Of a DNA stretch of 32,000 nucleotides, positions 17,267 through 24,835 are shown in pieces. Within the stretch, counting starts at the first letter, position 1; every line of letters starts with the position of its first letter. The stretch spans positions 300,001-332,000 of the forward strand of contig NZ_CP045921.1 in NCBI RefSeq assembly GCF_025273655.1, in the 5' to 3' direction. This DNA comes from Candidatus Saccharimonadota bacterium. GTDB lineage: Bacteria > Patescibacteriota > Saccharimonadia > Saccharimonadales > Saccharimonadaceae. A program made the translations under genes and the position numbers. The notes under the pieces were generated by a model that was not told the DNA's origin, did no database searches, and saw only the letters and a program-made list of their open reading frames with translations.

Positions 17267-17378
17267 CCTCTCTCGTTGGGTCGGGGTTGTGGCATAGTCC
17301 CTCTATCTACTGTAAAACTCTCGACAGCCGAGTCAACAGTGGTACAGAGGTCGCGAATCTGGTATACTGTTGTTAATT

Positions 17379-18734
17379 ATGGTAAAGAAATCTACAAACG
17401 AGACAATGGACAATATCATCAGCCTGGCGAAGCGTCGCGGGTTTATCTATCCAGGTTCGGACGTCTATGGCGGACTCAGTGGCACGTGGGATTATGGCCC
17501 ACTTGGCGTAGCGCTCAAGCGCAATATCATGCAACTGTGGTGGAAGATGTTTGTAGACGATCGCGAGGATATGTACGGCGTGGACGCGGCGATTATCATG
17601 AATCAGAAGGTCTGGCAGGCGAGTGGGCATGTCGATACGTTTGTTGATCCGCTATGTGAGGATACTGTCAATCATCGCCGTTTTCGTACCGACCATATCT
17701 TGAAAGATGCGGGTGTGGATGCCGAGGGTATGACGATGGAGCAGATGGACGCGGCGATCGAAGAGCAGGGAATTAAGAGTCCAGATGGCAATCCACTCAG
17801 TAAGTCTCGTACGTTCAACATGATGTTTACTACGCATGTGGGTGCGTCGAGCGATGCGACATCCGTGAGTTATCTTCGCCCAGAAACTGCACAAGGAATT
17901 TTCACAAATTACAAAAACGTTGTAGACAATTTTTATCCAGACCTACCGTTTGGCTTGGCGCAGCAGGGTAAGGCGTTTCGCAACGAGATTGCACCGCGCG
18001 ATTTCATCTTCCGCTCACGCGAGTTCGAGCAGATGGAGATCGAATACTTCGTAAATCCAGATGAGTGGGAAGTAAGCTTCGACGCACTGCTCAAGGATAT
18101 CCATGCCTATCTCGAAGCGCTTGGTCTACCGCAAGATCGCATCCACGAGCTAGAGGTTCCAGAGCAAGATCGTGCCCACTATAGCAAGCGTACCATCGAC
18201 ATCGAGTACGATTTCCCGATTGGCAAAGAAGAGCTACTTGGTCTGGCATACCGTACCGACTTCGACCTGATGAACATCCAAAACAACTCCGCCAAGAGTA
18301 TGGAGTATACGATCAAAGGTACGAACACAAAATTTGTACCCCATGTGATCGAACCAAGCTTCGGCGTGGAGCGCGCGGTCATGGCTGTCATGAGCGCAGC
18401 ATATACCGAAGACGAAGTAAACGGCGAGAAGCGCATCGTGATGAAGTTCCCAGAACACCTTGCACCAGTCAAATATGCCGTGAGTCCGCTACTCAAGAAT
18501 AAGCCCGAACTAGTTGCAAAAGCTCGCGAAGTCTACCAGATACTCAAGAAAGAACACGGCGCTGTGATGTGGGACGACAACGGCAACATCGGTAAACGCT
18601 ACCGCCGCCAAGACGAAATTGGTACACCGCACTGCGTGGTAATCGACTTCGAGACGATCGAAGGTGACGGCACAGTGACGATTCGCGATCGTGATACGAC
18701 TGAGCAGCGACGAGTCAAAATTACAGAGTTATAG
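17379..18734 (+). CDS. glyQS: glycine--tRNA ligase (homodimeric GlyQS type)
   Basis: IISLAKRRGFIYPGSDVYGGLSGTWDYGPLG, YLRPETAQGIF, FRNEIAPRDFIFRSREFEQMEIEYF and GVERAVMAV are class II GlyRS motifs, followed by a C-terminal anticodon-binding domain. Alternative starts are at 17370 (TTG) and 17406. Confidence 0.95.
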   Translation: MVKKSTNETMDNIISLAKRRGFIYPGSDVYGGLSGTWDYGPLGVALKRNIMQLWWKMFVDDREDMYGVDAAIIMNQKVWQASGHVDTFVDPLCEDTVNHRRFRTDHILKDAGVDAEGMTMEQMDAAIEEQGIKSPDGNPLSKSRTFNMMFTTHVGASSDATSVSYLRPETAQGIFTNYKNVVDNFYPDLPFGLAQQGKAFRNEIAPRDFIFRSREFEQMEIEYFVNPDEWEVSFDALLKDIHAYLEALGLPQDRIHELEVPEQDRAHYSKRTIDIEYDFPIGKEELLGLAYRTDFDLMNIQNNSAKSMEYTIKGTNTKFVPHVIEPSFGVERAVMAVMSAAYTEDEVNGEKRIVMKFPEHLAPVKYAVSPLLKNKPELVAKAREVYQILKKEHGAVMWDDNGNIGKRYRRQDEIGTPHCVVIDFETIEGDGTVTIRDRDTTEQRRVKITEL

Positions 18735-18737
18735 GGT

Positions 18738-18926
18738 ATGGAAAAAGGAAGTTCTGAGTTTGATGCCCCGGTCTATTCAACCGTTAATTTGGAGCGTATT
18801 GGGACGAAACTTGTACGTATGGTTATATTTGAGGGTGAGCTGATGACATTTGAAGTTGACCGAGGAATGCACGCCGCAGGCAAAGCGCTTGAAGACAAAG
18901 CGAGCAATACGAGTGAAGAGAAGTAA
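18738..18926 (+). CDS. small hypothetical protein (62 aa), weakly supported
   Basis: ATG lies 3 nt after the glyQS stop. No motifs, and support comes from position only. Confidence 0.25.
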   Translation: MEKGSSEFDAPVYSTVNLERIGTKLVRMVIFEGELMTFEVDRGMHAAGKALEDKASNTSEEK

Positions 18927-19566
18927 GATTATCTGCTCCCACGGCTTCGGCGTCACCGCAGATTCGCGGGGTATGTTTCCGGAAATTGCCGAGTCTATTC
19001 CATCTGCTGAGTTTGTGATGTTTGACTACAACGAAGTGAAGCCAAATGGCGACACAGTCGTAGCGTCGCTTGACGAACAAGCGGCGAAGCTGCAAGCGTA
19101 GATCGACGCGGCAGGTGATGATGTGGTGTTGCTATGTCATTCGCAGGGCTGTGTGGTAGCGGGACTTATTAGTCTCGACAGGGTGGCAAGAGTAATCCTT
19201 CTCGCACCGCCAGTCAATATGAGTATGCAGCGTACGATTGGCAAAATGCTGAACCGCCCTGGTAGTAAGATCAATCCTGATGGTATATCCGAACTCCCAC
19301 GAACCGACGGTACGACAACCTATTTGTCGCAAGAATATCTGCAAAGTCTCGATAAGTATATGCCCATGGATCTGTATCAAAAAATAGCCAACACTGTGCC
19401 GACCATCATCATCCGTGCGACACAGGACGAAGTGATTGGCATGACGAATGTCGACGAAATCCAGTATGCGACGCATTACGATATCGCGGCGGATCATAAT
19501 TTCACTGGGATTGCTCGTGCGACGCTCATCGGATTGTTGCAAAAAGAGGTGCTGCTCGCGCGATAA
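18913..19566 (+). pseudogene. alpha/beta-fold serine hydrolase interrupted by an in-frame TAG at 19099-19101
   Basis: ORFs 18850-19101 and 19123-19566 are in the same frame. The joined translation reads KIICSHGFG...LDEQAAKLQA*IDAAGDDVVLLCHSQGC...ATQDEVI...AADHNF. This is one continuous hydrolase with nucleophile elbow HSQG and Asp and His candidates retained. The GTG 18913 start is tentative. Confidence 0.6.
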
Positions 19567-19618
19567 TAGCCTGTACATTCGTGTCCCCGGGGAGTACTCT
19601 AGACGAAAAGAGGCTACC

Positions 19619-20338
19619 ATGGGATTACACTCACACGAATGCGAGAAAAAGCAAGAAGCGCGCCGCAGAGATGATGCAAATTATCTCGCTGAATACGTGC
19701 GCAAAATCTATATGACGCGAAGTGCCGACTTCGATGAGCATGCCGGGGGCATGTTGCAACAACTTCATGTGTATTTGCGAGACGATGAGCTTTCGACTAG
19801 TATCCATGTGAAGATGCCAGAGAATGGTAATGTACGCGAGGCTGATTTTGCGGTAGATACGTACTCCGATGACGATTCATGGCATCGTTACGAGTTCTCG
19901 ATTGGGCGTGGTATGATTTGGCATGCATGGCAAGAGGGTGACTCATACGAAGGTGGGTGGATTGATGATGACCAAGCCCATGTTTTGGCTATGTGTGAAG
20001 TGCTTGAGGTATTGGATGCGAGTGATGTTGAACCACCAGTCACTGAGTCGTGTGAAGAAGTTGAATTCTGGGATATCGCACTCAATATTTGTTATGATGA
20101 CATGGAGCTGGGTGTGCGGCATGCAATGTGGGGTTATATTGATGCACAGTTGCCGACCAAGGCTTTTAGTGAGTTTGTGACACGGACCCAGGAAGCAAGA
20201 GCGGTAGTGGAAATGGCACTCGGCGTGCATGCTTCGATAAGCTGCTTCTCTGCACGAGGAGCTACAAAATATGAGCTGAATCGGTTGTACTGGGGACGCG
20301 AGCTCGATCGAAAGTTCGATAAGCCAAAAATATTATAA
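19619..20338 (+). CDS. hypothetical acidic protein (239 aa), no recognised domain
   Basis: ATG 19619 follows AAGAGG with 7-nt spacing. Long uninterrupted ORF. The upstream part of ORF 19448-20338 overlaps the hydrolase and is R/S/C-rich noise. Confidence 0.6.
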   Translation: MGLHSHECEKKQEARRRDDANYLAEYVRKIYMTRSADFDEHAGGMLQQLHVYLRDDELSTSIHVKMPENGNVREADFAVDTYSDDDSWHRYEFSIGRGMIWHAWQEGDSYEGGWIDDDQAHVLAMCEVLEVLDASDVEPPVTESCEEVEFWDIALNICYDDMELGVRHAMWGYIDAQLPTKAFSEFVTRTQEARAVVEMALGVHASISCFSARGATKYELNRLYWGRELDRKFDKPKIL

Positions 20339-20408
20339 TAATAGCGAAGTTGAAGATTTTACCGTTAGCACAAGCTTGCACCCTTGTGGTATAAGTGGAC
20401 GCAAGACT

Positions 20409-21182
20409 ATGAGTATGAGTAATCCAGAAAAGTATCTCAAACTGCGCGAAGCGCAAACATATGAAGAAATATGCCTTGATATTGAACGCGTGGCGACAAG
20501 TATCTTGGACTATTTGCCCGAAGCACAGTCCAGCGCGACTTGGCAAAGTACTACCGATGAGTTTGGCGAGATAACTATAGAGTTGTCACCGAGCCCTACG
20601 TCACGCGAAGTTTTCCATGGCAAAACCGTGACACTATTGGATGATAATGGCATCTATCTGCGACAATACGAAGTGAGGAATGGCGGTGAACAGGGTGGAG
20701 TAGCGGTCGGACTCATGCAGGGGCGGTTGCCAAACGCCTTTTCGCTCAGTCGTCCAGAGTTTGAAGATAACCGCGAGAGACTGCTAGTTGAACTGCAAGG
20801 TATTTTGGCAACTGGTGCATATACATATGTGCCTGAGTATATAAGAGAACGAAACAAAAAATTCGATGCACTGGTTTATGATTATCACATGAGTGGTGTC
20901 GAGTATATGACTGAGGAAAATCTACCAACGCAGATTGCGAGGCAAGCACTGAGGGTAGATTGGCCGACAAAGCTGAAACATATGTTCCATGCGCGTGCGC
21001 GTGCGCGGGATAGCTATACCGAAATGCTAGATGAATCGTCGTTAAGTAATATGATCGGGGATATGTCACGTGCAGAGCGCGCAGACTTTGCCCAGTCTCA
21101 GCGATACGAGGCGGGGCAACGACCACAAGGGCAGTATGCCAATAGAGAATTTCCTGAAACTCATGATGAAACAGGATGGTAG
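20409..21182 (+). CDS. hypothetical protein (257 aa), no recognised domain
   Basis: Start MSMSNPEKYLKL. TGGTATAAG -10-like element 13 nt upstream. Long ORF. Confidence 0.6.
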   Translation: MSMSNPEKYLKLREAQTYEEICLDIERVATSILDYLPEAQSSATWQSTTDEFGEITIELSPSPTSREVFHGKTVTLLDDNGIYLRQYEVRNGGEQGGVAVGLMQGRLPNAFSLSRPEFEDNRERLLVELQGILATGAYTYVPEYIRERNKKFDALVYDYHMSGVEYMTEENLPTQIARQALRVDWPTKLKHMFHARARARDSYTEMLDESSLSNMIGDMSRAERADFAQSQRYEAGQRPQGQYANREFPETHDETGW

Positions 21183-21236
21183 TTGGTGTGGCCACAGTGT
21201 GCTATACTAGATGTAATAACTCTATAGGAGGTGAAG

Positions 21237-21881
21237 ATGCCAAAGACGCAGCCTGAGCTTCAGCGAGACACATCGCCACCTCCTCACTCATTGTCCATGA
21301 ATCCTGCCAACTGGATGCGTAGGAGCAAAAAACTTGGAAACGTCGCGATGCATGGTATTTACCAGACGCGGCGTTTTCTTGATTATGAGATCGCGGCACC
21401 TGGACCTGGTAGTATTATGCCAATATTTGTAGCTCCAGAGGATAGTCACGCGAGTAGTTTGCGCAAGATCGACAAGCTTCGCAACATGGCGAAACGTTCA
21501 CATGAAGTGCTAGTGAGTGTCAATACGGTGTTTCCGATGACGCTTTTTCCGAGTACGGTGATCGTTGATCGGACAAAAGTCACTATTATCAGCCGGACGT
21601 TTTTCTTCACTTCCAAAACAGTGAGCATTCGTGTGGAGGATATTTTGAACGTATCGTGTACACTCGGGCCTTTCTTTGGCTCAGTGGTGATATCGAGTCG
21701 CGTCATGAATTCTACTGATCACTTCGAAATCGACTTGTTTTGGCGGCACGATGCAATCCGGCTTAAGCACATCATACAGGGTTATATGATTGCACAGCAT
21801 AATGAGGTAGATATATCGCATTTGTCGCGAGAGGAGCTGGTGGAGCACCTGGCTGAACTGGGTCACGAAAACGACCGCTAG
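21237..21881 (+). CDS. hypothetical protein with a bacterial PH (bPH_2/YdbT-like) domain-like C-terminal half
   Basis: AGGAGG at 21226-21231, 5 nt before the ATG. TGCTATACT -10 at 21200-21208. STVIVDRTKVTIISRTFFFTSKTVSIRVEDILNVSCTLGPFFGSVVISS resembles bPH_2 repeats, recalled from memory only. No TM helix. Confidence 0.55.
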   Translation: MPKTQPELQRDTSPPPHSLSMNPANWMRRSKKLGNVAMHGIYQTRRFLDYEIAAPGPGSIMPIFVAPEDSHASSLRKIDKLRNMAKRSHEVLVSVNTVFPMTLFPSTVIVDRTKVTIISRTFFFTSKTVSIRVEDILNVSCTLGPFFGSVVISSRVMNSTDHFEIDLFWRHDAIRLKHIIQGYMIAQHNEVDISHLSREELVEHLAELGHENDR

Positions 21882-21913
21882 CGCACGCTGCGCGATTTCG
21901 CTACAATAGGGCT

Positions 21914-22333
21914 ATGATTGAATACTATACCGATGGCAGTGCGAGCCCAAATCCGGGTCCTGGTGGCTTTGCTGTTATCAAGGGCGGTACACCGCATATT
22001 CTGGGTAGCGAAGATGGGGAGACGACAAATATCCGCATGGAGGGTCTCGCGATTGTAGCGGCGCTAGAAGATGCAGCAGGCGCACCATGTCAGATTCGTA
22101 CTGACAGCGAGTTTTGGATCAATGTCATCACCAGATGGGCACCCGGATGGGAAGCGAAGGGCTGGAAGAAAAAAGGTGGCGAGATCAAAAACCTCGACAT
22201 CGTCCAAAAAGTATATCCACTGTATCAGGATTCACAGGCGGAGCTGATCTGGGTGCGCGGTCATGTAGGTACAGAGCTTAATGAGCTGGCAGACGAGTGG
22301 GCGAACAAAGCACGCGAAGGCGCGAGGATATAG
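21914..22333 (+). CDS. rnhA: ribonuclease HI
   Basis: YTDGSASPNPGPGGFA, TNIRMEGLA, IRTDSE, VRGHVG and NELADEWA give the full DEDD-plus-His RNase HI active-site pattern. Confidence 0.9.
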   Translation: MIEYYTDGSASPNPGPGGFAVIKGGTPHILGSEDGETTNIRMEGLAIVAALEDAAGAPCQIRTDSEFWINVITRWAPGWEAKGWKKKGGEIKNLDIVQKVYPLYQDSQAELIWVRGHVGTELNELADEWANKAREGARI

Positions 22334-22335
22334 CT

Positions 22336-22935
22336 ATGCGACAGCACGCGTGGGAAGATGTTCCGCATGACGTGCACCGCGACGTGAGTGCGGAGATTGG
22401 TGGATTGATGCAGAATCTCGAACTGCACTTTGATCGTAAGTGTATAGGGGGCGCATATACTGTGCGAAGCGACGGAGAAGTGGACGGTGTCGACTGGGAT
22501 CAGGATACGCTGTATTTTCCACTTGCACCGCCGCGCAAGGTGAGTACACTTATGACGAGGAAGACCGAGCGCTCGCTACTCACTGACATGTCGAGTGAGG
22601 AGCTGAACTATGGTGTACATGACATGTTGTTTGATCACCAAGCGTCGCCTGATGATACGTATCTCGCGACGACGAGTATTTACCGCTACAAAAAAGGTCG
22701 CCGAGGAATTTCTCGTGATTATGAAGTTGCGTCGTATTTGTTGCTGCGTGGTGGCATGGCTGTAGTCAAGCTCGGACAATTTGAGTCGATTGGTATTGTT
22801 ATGGCTGGCTCGGGTGATACGCGAGTAGAATATTCGGACGAGGGTAGATACAGCGAACTTGACGAACAAGACGAGCGGCGGGTAAGGGCCGCTGTTGCTC
22901 AGCTGCTGTGGCCTGTGCTACAATCAAGGGATTAA
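22336..22935 (+). CDS. hypothetical protein (199 aa), translationally coupled to rnhA
   Basis: ATG lies 2 nt after the rnhA TAG. Long ORF with no recognised domain. Confidence 0.55.
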   Translation: MRQHAWEDVPHDVHRDVSAEIGGLMQNLELHFDRKCIGGAYTVRSDGEVDGVDWDQDTLYFPLAPPRKVSTLMTRKTERSLLTDMSSEELNYGVHDMLFDHQASPDDTYLATTSIYRYKKGRRGISRDYEVASYLLLRGGMAVVKLGQFESIGIVMAGSGDTRVEYSDEGRYSELDEQDERRVRAAVAQLLWPVLQSRD

Positions 22936-22939
22936 CAAC

Positions 22940-23110
22940 TAAATATCAAGAGCGTGGCGAGGGACTGGCCCTACGACCCACCGGCAAACGGGTGTGTTAC
23001 CAGCACATCACGGTGCCAAATCCAGCCTAGCATAGCTAGGGAAGATATGAGCAAAACTTTTGTGTACTCTTTCCTTGTTCGCTAGAACAGATATGGGAGG
23101 AGATTTTTTT
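22940..23110 (+). promoter_or_regulatory. SAM-I (S-box) riboswitch with expression platform controlling metK
   Basis: Matches to S-box core blocks: ATCAAGAG (22945-22952), GGCGAGGGACTGGCCC (22956-22971), CCGGCAA (22981-22987), GGTGCCAAATCCAGC (23012-23026), GAAGATATGAG (23041-23051). P1 pairs ATATC with GATAT. Downstream, CTCTTTCC (23067-23074) can pair with SD GGGAGGAG (23095-23102), followed by T7. Promoter TGCTACAAT lies at 22916-22924. Confidence 0.85.
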
Positions 23111-24085
23111 ATGTCTGAAGCAACTAATTACCGAACTGCCGAGAGCGTGAGCCCGAAGCATCCCGACAAGCTATGTGATCAGATATCTGATGCGATACTG
23201 GATGCGCACTTGGCTGAAGACCCCGATGCTCGTGTGGCGGTGGATGTGGCGGGCGGGCATGGCACGGTGTTCGTCACGGGCGAAGTGACAAGCCGAGCGA
23301 CCGTGGATGTCGATGCGATAGTACAACGTATCGCTGGTGACGTCGAAATTATCAACCGGCTGGCGCCACAGAGCACAGAAATTGCGCAAGGTGTCGACAT
23401 CGGCGGTGCGGGCGATCAAGGCATCATGATCGGCTATGCGACGAGCGAGACACCGGAGTTGCTGCCACTCGAAGTGGTGCTGGCACGTAGGTTGAATCAA
23501 GAGCTGTATGAACACTGGTCATATGATGGCAAAACACAGGTGACGCTCGATGGCGAGTATATTGTGGCAGTAGTGGCAAGTTTTCAGCACGCGTCGCACG
23601 ATGAGTTGCAAAATGTGGTAGAAGTGTGGCTCGATGAGCAGACAATCGCACCTGTCGCAGACGATGTGGCGCTCCATATCAATCCTGCAGGCGACTGGCG
23701 GGTGGGAGGATTTGACGCTGACGCAGGACTGACCGGCCGCAAACTGGCAGTCGACAATTATGGTCCACGTATCCCGATCGGTGGCGGTGCGTTTAGTGGC
23801 AAAGACCCGAGCAAAGTAGATAGGAGCGCGGCGTATATCGCTCGCAAGATAGCCGTAGATTATTTGAAGCGACGCGATGCCCACGAAGTGTTCGTGCGTC
23901 TAGCCTACGCCATTGGCTACGATCAGCCATTAGAGGCGACAGTGATTGTTGATGGCATACAGGAGCAGGCGAGCGGGTATGATTTAACTCCACAAGGTAT
24001 CATTGACGCGCTCCAGCTCAAGCGACCGATCTACGAACAGACGGCTCGGTATGGGCATTTTGGGCAAGGGTTTGACTGGGATTGA
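23111..24085 (+). CDS. metK: S-adenosylmethionine synthetase, compact form (324 aa)
   Basis: ESVSPKHPDKLCDQISDAILD, GAGDQGIMIGYA, GLTGRKLAVDNYG, GGGAFSGKDPSKVDRSAAYIARKIA and ARYGHFG are MetK motifs. ATG 23111 lies 8 nt after GGGAGGAG. Confidence 0.9.
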   Translation: MSEATNYRTAESVSPKHPDKLCDQISDAILDAHLAEDPDARVAVDVAGGHGTVFVTGEVTSRATVDVDAIVQRIAGDVEIINRLAPQSTEIAQGVDIGGAGDQGIMIGYATSETPELLPLEVVLARRLNQELYEHWSYDGKTQVTLDGEYIVAVVASFQHASHDELQNVVEVWLDEQTIAPVADDVALHINPAGDWRVGGFDADAGLTGRKLAVDNYGPRIPIGGGAFSGKDPSKVDRSAAYIARKIAVDYLKRRDAHEVFVRLAYAIGYDQPLEATVIVDGIQEQASGYDLTPQGIIDALQLKRPIYEQTARYGHFGQGFDWD

Positions 24086-24142
24086 TGACAATTTGAAAAA
24101 AGAAGCGTAGGATAGAGGGTATATTAATCGAGGTTAGAGCAT

Positions 24143-24769
24143 ATGAGCGAATTTTTCCTGCGTCCAGATAACCCACCCACGGCCGAACAAGTGATGTCGT
24201 TTGCTAGAACATGCGTGTTGTTTGCTCACCGTCATGGTCAGCTAGCAAGATACAAGAACTGGTATAAGATCGGTCCCATGGCTCGGTATACACCTCCAGA
24301 TGTCGTCGCGGGCGAGCCTTTTGGGCTTCTCTACGAAGATACGTTTAAAGTCTATACAAAGATAGACACTGTACGCGAGATAACCCAAGCAAACATACTG
24401 CATACTATTGTCGCTCGAGAAATTAATGGTGTCGATGAGGGTGTTCATGCGACTGAACTACGTACGGTAGATAGGCTTAGGGTGGTGGGCAGTCGTGTTG
24501 TTGAGTCGAGTCGAAGCTTGGAGCAAACCACTGGTGGCATGAAACAGTCACAGCATAGCTCGTTGCTTGGCGAGATTAGTCTAGATAACCTATATATACC
24601 CGATGATCTTGCTGAAAGGATTTCTATCGAGGATGAGTTTCGAGTAATTACCGGAGACGATTTCGCAGGTACTGCTCGAGAGGTGTCACAGCGCATGAAT
24701 ATGGTAGACAATGCAGAGTATGAATATAACGAGAAACGTAAAAACTACTTGGCGTATTTTGACAGGTGA
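24143..24769 (+). CDS. hypothetical soluble protein (208 aa), no recognised domain
   Basis: GAGG lies 9 nt upstream of the ATG. Long ORF with no hydrophobic helices. Confidence 0.55.
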   Translation: MSEFFLRPDNPPTAEQVMSFARTCVLFAHRHGQLARYKNWYKIGPMARYTPPDVVAGEPFGLLYEDTFKVYTKIDTVREITQANILHTIVAREINGVDEGVHATELRTVDRLRVVGSRVVESSRSLEQTTGGMKQSQHSSLLGEISLDNLYIPDDLAERISIEDEFRVITGDDFAGTAREVSQRMNMVDNAEYEYNEKRKNYLAYFDR

Positions 24770-24835
24770 TCGGTAGTTCGTAAGGATTTTGCTGTACAAT
24801 AGTGTGTAGTTATAGATAAAAACGAAAGTTAGAAT

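Noticed and set aside
16797-17378. Possible tmRNA, RNase P RNA or SRP RNA in the recO-glyQS gap
   Set aside because: I found some loose resemblances, such as GCGCCAGGTA and AACAAGCAAACGC to RNase P segments, and a long hairpin at 16819-16860. However, the universally conserved cores are absent on both strands: GGAAAGUCC and ACAGAA-CCGGCUUA for RNase P, a tRNA-like TPsiC arm and tag ORF for tmRNA, and the GGAA tetraloop with symmetric loop for SRP. The question remains open in the findings and should be settled by cmsearch.
19448-19618. Upstream extension of ORF 19448-20338. The extensions of ORFs 2788-3432, 25829-26593, 20376-21182 and 22297-22935 are analogous.
   Set aside because: The extensions overlap the preceding genes out of frame and translate to compositionally aberrant sequence. 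Internal ATGs with an SD, a promoter or a coupling context give sensible N-termini.
20988-21007. 20-nt perfectly alternating purine-pyrimidine tract (CATGCGCGTGCGCGTGCGCG), potentially Z-DNA-prone
   Set aside because: It lies inside a CDS, encoding HARARAR. There is no second copy or flanking signal, so it is most simply a codon-level coincidence.
23060-23110. Upstream extension of the metK ORF (MCTLSLFARTDMGGDFF...)
   Set aside because: It would read through the riboswitch expression platform and the SD. MSEATNYRTAESVSPKHPDK at ATG 23111 matches MetK N-termini.
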